A model generated the notes under the pieces. That model was not told the DNA's origin and ran no database searches. It saw nothing but the letters and a program-made list of their open reading frames with translations. The position numbers were made by a program, and so were the translations under genes. From Acidobacteriota bacterium (GTDB lineage: Bacteria > Acidobacteriota > UBA6911 > RPQK01 > JAJDTT01): 64,000 nt of DNA. The stretch lies in assembly GCA_965263035.1 (NCBI GenBank), contig OZ253580.1:352001-416000 (forward strand), written 5' to 3'. Below, one piece after another: positions 1 through 10,479 of the stretch; within the stretch, counting starts at the first letter, position 1, and every line of letters begins with the position of its first letter.

Positions 1-463
1 AGGTGCAACACATCCGTTGCGGTTCGATGGCTCCCGTCTCCTGCAGGTGCAGAATGATCTTGCTGAGAACGCGATGCAGGACGGTGCTCTCGATCGGATC
101 GAGTCCGGCCAAGGCTGCCATCAGCGCTTCAGGGAATTCGGACTGCCGGGACAGGAGCCGGATACCGGTGGCCGTCAGCGAGATTCTGGTGGCACGGCCG
201 TCGTCAGGATCGGCCCTCTTTTCCACGAGGCCCTTGCGTTCCAGCGTGGAGATGGCGCGGCTTGCAGTCGCCTCGGTGATACCGACGAGCTTGGCCAACG
301 CCATGACTCGGTTGGGACCCCGCCGCTTGAGGAACCCCAGGATGCTGATCTGGGTGGACGTCAGACCCGATTTTTCCGCATTTCGCCATTGCTTCGATCT
401 CAGGTAGAGGCCCAACTGGAAGAACCCCGCCGCAACCTGCTCGATGTCACCGGTGTTTTGCAT
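1..463 (-). CDS. MarR-family transcriptional regulator (3' end runs off the window)
   Basis: Not in the ORF track; my translation from ATG 463 gives MQNTGDIEQV...GLTSTQISILGFLKRRGPNRVMALAKLVGITEATASRAISTLERKGLVEKRADPDDGRATRISLT, a winged-HTH with the MarR DxR motif, ending RMCCT at the window edge. Confidence 0.85.
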   Translation of the reverse strand, partial: MQNTGDIEQVAAGFFQLGLYLRSKQWRNAEKSGLTSTQISILGFLKRRGPNRVMALAKLVGITEATASRAISTLERKGLVEKRADPDDGRATRISLTATGIRLLSRQSEFPEALMAALAGLDPIESTVLHRVLSKIILHLQETGAIEPQRMCCT

Positions 464-476
464 CGCCAAGTATATA

Positions 477-510
477 TAGCATAGCTAACTATATTTGCCT
501 AGCATTGCTA
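477..510. promoter_or_regulatory. Two near-palindromic boxes, candidate MarR operators
   Basis: TAGCATAGCTA (477-487) and TAGCATTGCTA (500-510) in an AT-rich stretch just upstream of the MarR start. Confidence 0.5.
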
Positions 511-605
511 AGTATTTTTCGTGTACCTCTTGGCTCGGGTCCCGCATAGGCCCAAGTCTTCCCTGTCCCGGGTCCGAACGACCACATCGTGGAGTAGAAT
601 GAGGC

Positions 606-1373
606 ATGTTTTACGTGAGATTTTCCGCATTCCTTCTCGCCTTGGGCATCTTTGTCAGCTCAACGTGCGCCGCCATGAGCCAGGGGGGTGAAGAGCTTCT
701 GAACCGCGCCGCGGAGGCGGCCAACCGGGGCCGGAGCTCCGAGTCCGTGGAACTGGCCACGGGTGCTCTGGCCGGGAACCCGGAGTTGGCCTATGCCTAC
801 TACCTGCGGGGCCGGGAGCACTTTCGACTGGGCAAGATCACGGAATCCGTCGCCGACCTGGAGCAGTACGTCCGGCTCCGTCCCGATATGGAGCCGAGGC
901 AGTGGGAGCTGGGTCTTTCCTACTACTACGCCGGTCGGTTCCGGAAGGGAGCGAGGCAGTTCGAGCTGTATCAGACCTACCACGACAACGACGTGGAGAA
1001 CTCGGTCTGGCGCTATCTGTGCATCGCCCGGACCGAGGGTACGGAGAAGGCCCGTTCCACCCTGATGCCGATTGACAACGACCCGCGGATTCCCATGATG
1101 GCCGTCTACGACATGTTCCGGGGAGAGGGGGCGCCGCAGAAGGTCCTGGATACCGCCCGTGCCGGCGAGCCCGGCCCGGCACAACTGGAGGGACGCCTCT
1201 TCTACGCGCACCTCTATGTCGGGCTCTTCCTGCTCGCCCAGGGTGACGAGGAGGGCGGAAAAACACACATCCTGGCTGCCGAGAAGAAGCGGATCGGCCA
1301 CTACATGTGGGATGTGGCCCGCTACCAGGCCAGCCTCCTGAAGGTTCCTCATCCGGCCTCGAAGACACGATGA
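606..1373 (+). CDS. Exported TPR-repeat protein (NlpI-like)
   Basis: Signal peptide; TPR motifs (AYAYYLRGREHFRLG, LGLSYYYAG, NDVENSVW, FYAHLYVGL). Confidence 0.75.
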   Translation: MFYVRFSAFLLALGIFVSSTCAAMSQGGEELLNRAAEAANRGRSSESVELATGALAGNPELAYAYYLRGREHFRLGKITESVADLEQYVRLRPDMEPRQWELGLSYYYAGRFRKGARQFELYQTYHDNDVENSVWRYLCIARTEGTEKARSTLMPIDNDPRIPMMAVYDMFRGEGAPQKVLDTARAGEPGPAQLEGRLFYAHLYVGLFLLAQGDEEGGKTHILAAEKKRIGHYMWDVARYQASLLKVPHPASKTR

Positions 1374-2276
1374 TTGTTCCTGCGCGCTGGGATGTTCCGG
1401 AACCGATCGTGGAATTTGAGGTGCGTGCGACCGGTGGTTTTCCGATCAGCGTCCGGCGGCACGGCACCCCGGACGGGCCGCGGCTCGTTCTGAGCCACGG
1501 CAACGGGTTTTCGATCGATTCCCACTATCCCTATCTGGTCACGATTCACCGACCGTTTCGATCTCTTCATCTACGATCTCCGGAGCCACGGCTGGAACCC
1601 GGTCGGAGACCGACGTACGCACAATCTTCCAACCTTCGTCAGCGACAGCAAGTTCATTGTGCGGGATATTGACCGGCGCTTCGGGACGAAACCGATGATC
1701 GGCCTGTTTCATTCTCTTTCGTCGCTGATAGCACTCCGGCAGGCTGCGGCCGAAGACAGCTTCTCAGCCCTGGTCCTGTTCGATCCGCCCGTCTGTCCTC
1801 CTGGCGGCTTTCCCCACGACATGGAACACATAGGCCAACGGCTGGGAGAAATCGCTCGCAAGCGCCAGAACTGGTTCGAGACTCCGGAGCATTTCGCGGA
1901 GCAGCTCTCCAGCAAGAAAGTTTTCGCGCGCGTGTGCCCAGGTGGGGTGGATCTGTTTGCCCGGACGACGCTCCGCCGTTGTGCCGACGGGAGAGGTTAC
2001 GAACTTCGCTGCCCACGCGAATACGAAGCCCAGATCAACGAATATGTCTTTTGCTGGTCCATGACCGTGGACCTGGAGAGCGTTCATTGCCCCATAAAGG
2101 CCATCGGAGCCGATCCCACCGTTCCGCACTCGTACATGCCCAGCATGGACCTCAGGAAACTCCTACTCGTCGACTATGACTTCGTACCCGAGACGACCCA
2201 TTTTCTCCAGATCGAAGAGCCGGAGGTATGCGCCGCCCTGGCGGTCGAATTCCTCGAGGAGCACAGACTTGCTTAG
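1370..2276 (+). pseudogene. Alpha/beta hydrolase, frameshifted near 1535
   Basis: N-terminus LVLSHGNG; after a frame change it continues WSRFTDRFDLFIYDLRSHG and then GLFHSLS...THFLQIEEP; one extra base at TATCTGG. Confidence 0.7.
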
Positions 2277-2398
2277 CGGGGCCGATTCCCAAGCTGACGG
2301 TCAATCCGCGGCTGGCCGGCATCGACCGAGGGGTGAAGATTCTCTCCAGCTTTTTCGAACCGCTTTCGGATGCACTGCTGAACGAATTCGGATGATCG

Positions 2399-3625
2399 TC
2401 AGTCCCCCGTATCTTTCCCCTGGCTCAGCCAGTCGAGGCCGAATCGGGCCAGCGTGATGGTCTCATAGGGAGACTCATCCCCTCGTTCATACAGACACGC
2501 GATGGAACCGTCCGGCAGGACGGCCAGGCTCGAATAGGCGGACGGACCGGCGTGCAAGAGGCGCGACCCCGGCCAGGATTCCCCCTCGTCGTAGCTGAGG
2601 CGCACGGTCATCCGGACTCGCTCGGTGGCCGCGGGATTGGAGAAGAGGAGACGGCTGCGGCCTCCCGCCCCGGGCCAACTGTAGCGAAGCAGGCTCGCCT
2701 GGCAGACCGGCTCGGTCAGATGGGGATCGTCCTGCGACTCCGACCAGGTCATGCCGCCGTCGCTGCTCCAGGAGCGGCCCCGGAGGTTCCGGCCGAAGTA
2801 GGACCGGAAGTTCAGCAGAATCCGGCCGTCGGTCAACTCGGCGACCTGACACTCGTTGGCCTGAGGCTGGATGGCCCCACCGAGATGCCAGGTCTTGCCG
2901 TGGTCGTCGCTGTAGATGACGTGGGAGCCGAATCCGATCGGGGGGCCCTCGTATTGGTGAACCACCTCATCCGGATTCGATGTCGGATAGGAATAGTCGC
3001 ACGGGATCACCAGCCGGCCCGCATGGGGTCCCTGGCGAAGCTGGATCCCCACGCCGGGGCCGGTGGCATACCAGTCCCAGCCCGGTTTCTTGGTGGTCGC
3101 CGTGATCTCCCGAGGCGGCGCCCAGGTCTTCCCATCGTCCTCGCTGGAGGTGACCCACACCGTCCGGGTCCCTTGGGCTCCTGGCAACCGGATCTCCCTC
3201 AGGCCCTCGTCTCCCGGATTGTGGGTCAGCAACAACCAGATGGTGCCGGTCTCCTGGTCCACCACCGGGCAGGGGTTGCCGCAGGTGTTGCCGCCGTCGT
3301 CCCAGACCACCTGCTGGTGGCTCCAGGTCTCCCCCCCGTCGGTGGACCGTCTGATCAGGAGATCGATGTTTCCGTGGTCGCTCCGGCTGTCCTTGCGCCC
3401 TTCGCAGAAGGCCAGCAGAGTTCCCTTCCCCGTGGTCAGGAGCGCCGGGATCCGGTAGGTGTCATACCCGTCCTGCCCGCGCACGAAAAGCGGTTTCTGA
3501 TCCGGCTCGGCCGGGGTGGGAGTGGGGGTAACGGAGCAGGCTCCCCCCGGAAGCAGGATCGCGATCCACAAAACGTGGATCAGCGGGGCCGGACAACCCT
3601 CACGTCTGGAACACCAGTTCTTCAT
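2399..3625 (-). CDS. Exo-alpha-sialidase (GH33-like)
   Basis: YRIP motif, multiple Asp-boxes (SxDGGxTW), AYS motif near the C-terminus; signal peptide. Confidence 0.9.
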   Translation of the reverse strand: MKNWCSRREGCPAPLIHVLWIAILLPGGACSVTPTPTPAEPDQKPLFVRGQDGYDTYRIPALLTTGKGTLLAFCEGRKDSRSDHGNIDLLIRRSTDGGETWSHQQVVWDDGGNTCGNPCPVVDQETGTIWLLLTHNPGDEGLREIRLPGAQGTRTVWVTSSEDDGKTWAPPREITATTKKPGWDWYATGPGVGIQLRQGPHAGRLVIPCDYSYPTSNPDEVVHQYEGPPIGFGSHVIYSDDHGKTWHLGGAIQPQANECQVAELTDGRILLNFRSYFGRNLRGRSWSSDGGMTWSESQDDPHLTEPVCQASLLRYSWPGAGGRSRLLFSNPAATERVRMTVRLSYDEGESWPGSRLLHAGPSAYSSLAVLPDGSIACLYERGDESPYETITLARFGLDWLSQGKDTGD

Positions 3626-3816
3626 GACGGGACCCTCCTGAAACTCTCCTGGCAAGGTTCGAAAAACCTTGAGCTGACTCCGAGGGTACGTCGCTGAGAA
3701 CCTCCGCCGCAATCAGGTCTGACCCGGTGCAGCAACTGGGAGCCCTCGGACTTCAGGCAAGTGGCTGGTGCCTCGTTTGGGAATCTTCGGGAGCCTATAG
3801 TAACCTTGCGGCCATT

Positions 3817-4923
3817 ATGAAACCGGCAAGAATCCTCCTCGCCATCTTCTTCCTCGGAACGGTCGCGGCGCAAAAAGACAGCCAAGCCCCCAAGCCACAA
3901 TATGAATGGGAGCAGATCTTGATCCCGCCCGCGTCGGCCCAGGAGCCGATCCGGGACCAGTTCTCTCCCAGCCGTGCCGTAGCCTACATGGAGGAGGGAG
4001 CGCTGGCCTGGACCCGGAAGCGGGAGTGCATCGCCTGTCACACCAACGGCACCTATTTCGTGACGCGTCCTGCCCTGACCGGAACCCTGGGTCAGCCCCC
4101 GTCGGAGCTTCGAAAGTTCATCATCGAGGAACTCGACGAACTGCGGGCCATGGAGTCCCGGAAGCTTCGTTCCAGCGTCTATCCAACCCAGGTGGCCTAT
4201 GCGGCCCAGGGTCTGGCCGAATGGGACGCACACGTCACTGGCGAGCTTTCCCCGGAGACCGGGGAGGCCTTGAACCTGATGCTCGATCTCCAGGACCCGG
4301 AGGGTGGCTGGAACAACGCCGACACCTGGCCGCCGTTCGAGTCCAGCAAGTATCAATCCGCCACCGTGGCGGCAACGGCCATGGCGGCGGCTCCCGGATG
4401 GTTGGCCGCCAACGGCGACCGGGAAACGGTGCGGAAGACGAGGGAATACGTGAGGACCCGGGCGCCCCATGACTACGGCCGCCTCCTCCTGCTCTGGGTC
4501 TCCACCCGATGGCCCGGACTTCTGGAGGATGAGAAGAAGCAGGAACTGGTCGAGATGGTCTGGCGGCATCAACGCGCGGACGGGGGCTGGTCCATCCGCA
4601 CTTTCGCCACTCCCGAGACCTGGGGCCGGGGAAACCGCGCCGAGAAGCTCCGAGCCGAAGACGATTTCGACAATCCGCCCAGCGACGGCCACCAGACCGG
4701 ACTCTGCGTCCTGGTCCTGAGGCGGGCCGGAGTCCCGGCCGACGATCCGCGAATTCAGCGCGCCATCGACTGGCTCCTGTCCAACCAGCGGGAGTCGGGC
4801 CGTTGGTGGACCCGATCCCTCAACACGGACAAGTTCCATTTCATCACCTACAGCGGCACCTGCTACCCGCTGCTGGCGTTGGAGAGCTGCGGCCGGCTGG
4901 CCCTGGAAACGACGGGTCCGTGA
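3817..4923 (+). CDS. Squalene-hopene cyclase-like / prenyltransferase-repeat protein, exported
   Basis: QW repeats (LQDPEGGW, HQRADGGW, NQRESGRW); CIACH motif; signal peptide. Confidence 0.7.
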   Translation: MKPARILLAIFFLGTVAAQKDSQAPKPQYEWEQILIPPASAQEPIRDQFSPSRAVAYMEEGALAWTRKRECIACHTNGTYFVTRPALTGTLGQPPSELRKFIIEELDELRAMESRKLRSSVYPTQVAYAAQGLAEWDAHVTGELSPETGEALNLMLDLQDPEGGWNNADTWPPFESSKYQSATVAATAMAAAPGWLAANGDRETVRKTREYVRTRAPHDYGRLLLLWVSTRWPGLLEDEKKQELVEMVWRHQRADGGWSIRTFATPETWGRGNRAEKLRAEDDFDNPPSDGHQTGLCVLVLRRAGVPADDPRIQRAIDWLLSNQRESGRWWTRSLNTDKFHFITYSGTCYPLLALESCGRLALETTGP

Positions 4924-5020
4924 TCCCAGTGCGCAATCCCAACAATCCCAGGATGAAAAAGCCCCGATCCGCGCTCATCCGCCGGAATGCTCCTGATTCT
5001 TCCAACTCCCAGGTTTCATC

Positions 5021-6700
5021 GTGAGTGACTCCAAGTGGACGCGCAGGCAGGCGCTCACCTCCCTCTCGGGAAGCGGCGTTATTCTGGCTTCCTGCCGGGA
5101 GGAGACTCCCGTGGACACGGAGATGAGAATCACCGCGGAAATTCTGCAAGCGGCCCAACAGGTCATCGGCCTGGATTTCACGCTCCCGGAACGGGAGCAG
5201 ATGCTCAAGCGGGCCAATCAGAGCCTGGAATTCTTCGGAAACCTCCGGGAGTTTTCCCTGGACAATTCGGTGCCTCCCGCCATCCAGTTCGATCCCGTTC
5301 CGCGCGGGAGCGTGCCGGAACCGCCCGCCGGGAAGCCGGCCAAACTCTCGTCTCCGATCCCTGACGTTCCCGGCCGTCTGGAGGATCTGGCCTATTGGCC
5401 TCTCTCCCGTCTGGCGCCGGCAGTCAAGGCCCGGAAAGTGAGCTCCGTGGACCTGACCCGCCTCTATCTGGAGCGCCTCAGGAAATACGACGAAAAGCTC
5501 GAATGCGTCATCTCCTACACCGAGAAGTTGGCCCTGGAACAGGCGCGCCGCGCCGACCGGGAGCTGGCTCGTGGACGCTACCGGGGGCCGCTCCACGGAA
5601 TCCCCTGGGGAGCCAAGGATCTGTTGGCGGTCCGGGGATATCGAACCACCTGGGGGGCCACCTCCCATCGCGACCAGACCCTGGAATTGGACGCCACGGT
5701 GGTCCGCATGCTGGAGGACGCGGGCGCGGTGCTGATCGCCAAGCTCAGCCTGGGGGCTCTGGCCGCAGTCGACGTCTGGTACGGCGGGAAGACCCGCAAC
5801 CCCTGGAAGCTGGACGAAGGCTCGAAGGGGTCCTCGGCCGGTTCGGCCGCGGCGACTGCCACCGGCCTGGTGGGCTTCTCCATCGGATCCGAGACCATGG
5901 GGTCCATCGTCTATCCTTCCGCCACCTGCGGAGTCACGGGCCTGAGACCGACTTTCGGGCGGGTCAGCCGTCACGGCGCCATGACCCTGAGCTGGAGCCT
6001 GGACAAGCTCGGTCCCATCTGCCGCAGCGCCGAAGACTGCGCCCTGGTGTTCGCCGCCATCCACGGACTCGATCCCCACGACCGGACCACCTGCGACCGG
6101 CCCTTCGTGTGGCCCGTCGGGGACAACCTGGAGGGGCTCCGGGTGGGCGTCGCCGAGAGTCTCTTTCAGGAACAGGAGGAGGAAGCCGCCAAGGAGAACG
6201 ACGCCCGGAGCCTGGAGGTCTTCCGATCCCTGGGAGTCGACCTGGTCCCCATCGAGCTGCCGAAGCGGCCTCTTGCGCCGGAGCTGATTCTCTACACCGA
6301 GGCGGCGGCCGCCTTCGACAAGTTCACGCGGAACAACCAGGACGACCTGTTGAGGGAACAGGAGGAGAACAACTGGCCCAACATGTTCCGTCAGGCCCGG
6401 TTCGTTCCGGCCGTCGAGTACATTCAGGCCAACCGGCTGCGCTCCCTGCTCATGGAGGACATGGCCCGCCTCATGTCCGGGGTCGACGCCTACCTGGCCC
6501 CCAGCTTCAGCCAGAACGTGCGGCTCACCAACCTGACGGGGCTCCCCAGCCTCTGCCTGCCCAATGGGTTCGACCCCGAGGGCCGGCCCACCAGCATCAC
6601 CTTGACCGGACGCCTCTTCGACGAGTCCCGGATCCTGGCCCTGGGCCACGCCTACCAGCAGGTCACCGACCATCACTCCCGGCGACCTCCGGGGTTTTGA
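5021..6700 (+). CDS. Amidase-signature family protein
   Basis: GPLHGIPWGAKD, GSSAGSA, GSETMGSI; Tat-like TRRQAL leader. Confidence 0.9.
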   Translation: MSDSKWTRRQALTSLSGSGVILASCREETPVDTEMRITAEILQAAQQVIGLDFTLPEREQMLKRANQSLEFFGNLREFSLDNSVPPAIQFDPVPRGSVPEPPAGKPAKLSSPIPDVPGRLEDLAYWPLSRLAPAVKARKVSSVDLTRLYLERLRKYDEKLECVISYTEKLALEQARRADRELARGRYRGPLHGIPWGAKDLLAVRGYRTTWGATSHRDQTLELDATVVRMLEDAGAVLIAKLSLGALAAVDVWYGGKTRNPWKLDEGSKGSSAGSAAATATGLVGFSIGSETMGSIVYPSATCGVTGLRPTFGRVSRHGAMTLSWSLDKLGPICRSAEDCALVFAAIHGLDPHDRTTCDRPFVWPVGDNLEGLRVGVAESLFQEQEEEAAKENDARSLEVFRSLGVDLVPIELPKRPLAPELILYTEAAAAFDKFTRNNQDDLLREQEENNWPNMFRQARFVPAVEYIQANRLRSLLMEDMARLMSGVDAYLAPSFSQNVRLTNLTGLPSLCLPNGFDPEGRPTSITLTGRLFDESRILALGHAYQQVTDHHSRRPPGF

Positions 6701-6736
6701 TTTGAAGGTCCGGCCCGTTTCAACAACATCTGTGGA

Positions 6737-7735
6737 ATGAGAGAGATGCCCTATCCAGCTGACGAGAGACTCCAAAATATCGCAAACAGGATGAAAGCCG
6801 AACGGGATAGCGGGGCTATGCCTGTTGCGGAACCCACGACGGTCCGCGAGCTTCTGGGTTGGTTCAATTACGCGCGCCGAAGCGACAGGCTTATCAGACG
6901 GATCAGGACCAAATTCGCGGAACTGAATCTACGCACGGTCCCCGATTTCGAGCGCGAGCATATCGACGGCGACATCTCGATCGAGCTGGACATGGAGGCG
7001 ACGGGCGTCCGGAAAGAGTCGGTCGATCCGACCGTGCGTATCCGCGTACTTCCGACAGCCCGCTGCACACTGACCAGCGTGCAGCCGAACAACCCGCTCG
7101 CCAAGGCGACGACGACCATGCTGATCGAGGATTTCTCACAGCTCCCCGTGATGGTAAACGAACGCGAGGTTAAGGGTGTGGTCAGTTGGAGGTCGATCGG
7201 AACGGCGTTCACGCTAGGATGCCAGAGCGACGAGGTCCGCCACTGGATGGAGCGCCATCGGGAAATAGCCATCAACGCTCCCTTGTTCGATGCAATCAAG
7301 GACATCTGGGAACATGGATACGTTCTCGTTCGAGATGTCGACCGGACCATCTCAGGAATCGTGACGGCAAGCGATTTCGCCAGACAGTTCGCGCAGCTTG
7401 CCCAACCGTTCCTGATCATAGGCGAGATCGAGCTCCATCTGCGTAACCTCGTGAGCAAATTCACTCTCGAAGAGATGGCGGAGGCGTCCGATGATCCAAG
7501 CACATCGATCGAGGGCTCCTGGGACCTTAACTTCGGCACCTATTGCCGACTCCTTGAAAACCCGGATCGATGGGACAGGTTGGGATTGCGAGTGGACCGC
7601 GCCACCTTCATGCACAACTTGGGCCAAGTGAGGGAGATGCGAAACGAGGTGATGCATTTTGCGCCTGACGGCCTGGACCCAAACGAGGTCGAAAAGCTCG
7701 AACGCGTTGCGATGTTCCTCCGCATGTTGACCTGA
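6737..7735 (+). CDS. CBS-domain protein with C-terminal HEPN (Swt1-like) domain
   Basis: CBS pair (DFSQLPVM...GVVSWRSI; GYVLVRD...GIVTASD); C-terminal IELHLR...NFGTY...RNEVMH (Rx4H). Confidence 0.7.
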   Translation: MREMPYPADERLQNIANRMKAERDSGAMPVAEPTTVRELLGWFNYARRSDRLIRRIRTKFAELNLRTVPDFEREHIDGDISIELDMEATGVRKESVDPTVRIRVLPTARCTLTSVQPNNPLAKATTTMLIEDFSQLPVMVNEREVKGVVSWRSIGTAFTLGCQSDEVRHWMERHREIAINAPLFDAIKDIWEHGYVLVRDVDRTISGIVTASDFARQFAQLAQPFLIIGEIELHLRNLVSKFTLEEMAEASDDPSTSIEGSWDLNFGTYCRLLENPDRWDRLGLRVDRATFMHNLGQVREMRNEVMHFAPDGLDPNEVEKLERVAMFLRMLT

Positions 7736-8082
7736 AGTCCCGACGTCCCTGCCCTGTGAAACCTGTACCGGCAGGTGATTTCCCAACAGCAAAAGCACTT
7801 TCGCCAATCTCACCCACTACCCCGGAAAACAATCGAACGGCTAAAATGGAGAGCGTCTGCCAAGCTCGTCTCGGCGTCGACACAGACGGAAAGGCCGGCG
7901 TGGCAGACGGATGCGAGTCATGTGAGTGTGGGGTCCGCAAGGACCGGCAGACAAACGGATCAGGAATACTCGTAATGTTCGAAGACGCTTTTTCACCGGC
8001 CCGCGACTGGCCAGGTAATAGCAAGCCTCGCGGACATCCCGCCATCTGGCAAATGACGATCGAATGAGGAAGGAAGTAACGA

Positions 8083-8698
8083 ATGGATGCTGATCTCGGG
8101 CCGGTCCTCCCCAAACTGAGGGAGCCAACGGATAGGTTCTACGTAGAATCCGGATTCCAAGGCGCTACTCTCGGCGACTACTGGCGCTGGTCGAGTTCGA
8201 GCGTACTCGACAACACGGAGCGCGGCATTCTGGCCGAGTTTCTCGTGGCGAACGCACTGGGTCTGACTGACAAGCCGCGTGTCGAGTGGGGTTCGTACGA
8301 CCTCAAGATGCCCGACTGTACCAAGATCGAGGTCAAGAGTTCAGCGTACCTGCAGTCCTGGCGTCAAAAAAAGTATTCTACGATAGAATTCGGTATCGCC
8401 CGAACTAAGGAGGCGTGGGACGCCCACACGGGAAAGAGCCAGACGCACGACCCGCCGAAACGCATCGCCGACATCTACGTTTTCTGCCTGCTGACAACAC
8501 AGGGACAAAGCCACGGTCGACCCTCTCAATACGGAGCAGTGGGAGTTCTACGTGGTTCCAACATTTCGAATCAACGAGGAGAAACCATGTGGCCGGACAA
8601 TCGGGCTGGGGCCGCTTAAGGACTTGGCAGGCCGCCCTACCCCATACAGCGACCTCGCAGCCACGGTCACCAGGGTTGCCGCGTCAATTCCGTCGTGA
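8083..8698 (+). pseudogene. PD-(D/E)XK nuclease-like protein, frameshifted near 8500
   Basis: RGILAEFLV...YDL...IEVKSSAYLQSW...ADIYVFC; the continuation DPLNTEQWEFYVVPT lies in another frame and ends at TGA 8698. Confidence 0.65.
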
Positions 8699-8947
8699 CC
8701 CGCGCGAACCCTCGTCGGCGGTCGCCCAACGCCGCTCCGATGCCGCCCGACGCAATCAACTCCCGAGCACCAGGTCGGGCCTCCATAAAACCGGCCCGAG
8801 ATCCTGTCTCAGCACGGCCAATTGCGGGGCTGTCGCCCGGGTTCTAGACGGCGGCGCCCTCGATCGCAGTTCGTTGATGCGACCCGTTCATGGACTCAAG
8901 AGGCCCTACATCCAATCCTGTGTATTCTTGAAGGATAGGAGGTTGCC

Positions 8948-9166
8948 ATGCTGACAATCCGACTTCCGGCCGAGATTGATGCCCGTCTCGAGCGTCTCGC
9001 AGAAGAGGCAGGCAAGACCAAGAACGACTACGCCCGTGAAGCCATCCTGGAGAAGATTGAGGAGATGGAAGACTTGCAACTGGCCGGGCAGGTTTTGGAA
9101 CGAGTTCGCAAGGGGGAAGACAGAGTCTTGAGTTCCGAACAGATGTGGCGTGAGTTGGAAGATTGA
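8948..9166 (+). CDS. Ribbon-helix-helix antitoxin (RelB/StbD/CopG-like)
   Basis: MLTIRLPAEIDARLERLA..GKTKNDYAREAI...EDLQLA. Confidence 0.8.
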   Translation: MLTIRLPAEIDARLERLAEEAGKTKNDYAREAILEKIEEMEDLQLAGQVLERVRKGEDRVLSSEQMWRELED

Positions 9167-9245
9167 GTATGCTGAGAGTGTCCAGAAGCCTGTTGGAAAG
9201 CAGAATCGGCAAACTCAACAGCGTCTTCGGGATTACTTGGAATTT
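9150..9245 (+). pseudogene. Truncated RelE/StbE toxin remnant
   Basis: WKIEYAESVQKPVGKQNRQTQQRLRDYLE resembles a RelE N-terminus overlapping the antitoxin; the catalytic C-terminal part (YRVGDYR-like) is absent. Confidence 0.6.
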
Positions 9246-9299
9246 CCAATGAAACGTGGAGGAAGAGTGGGGGACAAGAATGTCCCCTGCTATGAGCCG

Positions 9300-10016
9300 T
9301 CATTCAGCGGTGGCTGGATGGACCGTCGTGGCCGGGGCCTTCCCCAGCAGGGAACCTTTTTCCAGATGATGGTTGATCCGGGCGAAAGCCGCGGCGCGGG
9401 GATCGTGTGTGACCATGACAATGGTTTTGCCGAAGTCCCGGTTCAGGGCCTCCAGCACGTTGAGGATGTCTCCAGCCGAGTCGGCGTCCAGGTCACCGGT
9501 CGGTTCGTCGGCCAGGATGAAGGTGGGATCGGTGACGATTGCCCGGGCGATCGCTACCCGCTGTTCCTCGCCTCCGCTGAGCTGGCGCGGATAGTGGCGT
9601 ATTCGGTCCGACAGGTTCACCAGTCTCAGGGCGGTCTCCACATGCTCTCGCCGTTCCTGTCGGGAGAGTGAGGTCAGCAGCAAGGGGAGTTCGACGTTCT
9701 CGAAGGCGGTCAGGACAGGGATCAGGTTGAAGTGCTGAAACACGAATCCCACGTGTTCATTGCGCCAGACAGCCAGTTCGTCTTCGCTGAGTGCAGTCAG
9801 ATCTTCTCCCAGGACCTGGAGTTGGCCGCCGGTCGGCCGGTCAATCCCGGCAATCAGGTTGAGCAGCGTGCTCTTTCCGGAGCCGGACGGTCCCATCAGG
9901 CTGATGAAGTCCTGATCGCGGATATCCAAGGTGATGTCCTTCAGAGCGACGACCTGGACCGTATCACGCTGGAACACGCGGCTCAGATTGCGCATTTCGA
10001 TCAATACCTTCGTCAT
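9300..10016 (-). CDS. ABC transporter ATP-binding protein (MacB/LolD family)
   Basis: [29 protein letters not shown]. Confidence 0.95.
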   Translation of the reverse strand: MTKVLIEMRNLSRVFQRDTVQVVALKDITLDIRDQDFISLMGPSGSGKSTLLNLIAGIDRPTGGQLQVLGEDLTALSEDELAVWRNEHVGFVFQHFNLIPVLTAFENVELPLLLTSLSRQERREHVETALRLVNLSDRIRHYPRQLSGGEEQRVAIARAIVTDPTFILADEPTGDLDADSAGDILNVLEALNRDFGKTIVMVTHDPRAAAFARINHHLEKGSLLGKAPATTVHPATAE

Positions 10017-10267
10017 CCCGTGTCCTCAGCGGTAGTGTCTTCAGCCCCGGAATCGGTCCGCTTGCGAAAGAAAGTGACCTGAACATCCATCTCCGGCCGA
10101 AGGTACTCATCCGGTTCCAGAATCTGGACCTTCACCTGGATCGTGGCTCGCTGCCGGTTGGCCTCGGGTGCAATCTCTTCCAACTCACATTCGTATTCCC
10201 GCGCGGGATAGGCGATGGGAGACATCCTGCACCCGTTTTCGGGCGAGATGTTGTGAAAATCGGATTG
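10013..10267 (-). pseudogene. 3' fragment of the interrupted periplasmic adaptor (HlyD/MacA-family) gene
   Basis: QSDFHNISPENG...EIAPEANRQRATIQVKVQILEPDEYLRPEMDVQVTF is a typical MFP C-terminus; its stop overlaps the ATPase start. Confidence 0.9.
10257..10267 (+). repeat. attL core AAATCGGATTG
   Basis: Identical to 20813-20823; lies exactly at the break point of the adaptor gene. Confidence 0.9.
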
Positions 10268-10302
10268 AGGGTCGCGAAGTATAATAAGGGGGAGGACACA
10301 AC

Positions 10303-10479
10303 ATGACGACGAGGACAGCGCACGAGATTCTGATGGAGGTCCGACGGGACCCGAACGCGACGAGGGAAGATCGGGACTTCGCCTATCGAAAGTACCTGCG
10401 GGCACTCACGGTCCAGTTCAAGCCGGCCTGGAAGACGGCCATTCGGACGGTCGGGACCCGACGGGAAAGTGCCAGATGA
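10303..10479 (+). CDS. 58-aa hypothetical protein upstream of the integrase
   Basis: GGAGG RBS, ATG 10303, MTTRTAHEILMEVRRDPNATREDRDFAYRKYLRALTVQFKPAWKTAIRTVGTRRESAR; stop overlaps the integrase start (ATGA). Confidence 0.6.
   Translation: MTTRTAHEILMEVRRDPNATREDRDFAYRKYLRALTVQFKPAWKTAIRTVGTRRESAR

Noticed and set aside
3-484. Plus-strand ORFs 3..407 and 17..484
   Set aside because: Antisense shadows of the minus-strand MarR gene
4844-6775. Long ORFs overlapping real genes, such as the 643-aa ORF here, 29620..31587, 37206..39086 and 12417..13940
   Set aside because: No motifs; expected shadow frames in high-GC DNA opposite well-supported genes
9150-9671. 173-aa ORF as a full toxin
   Set aside because: Only the first ~30 codons are RelE-like; the rest is mostly antisense to the ABC ATPase
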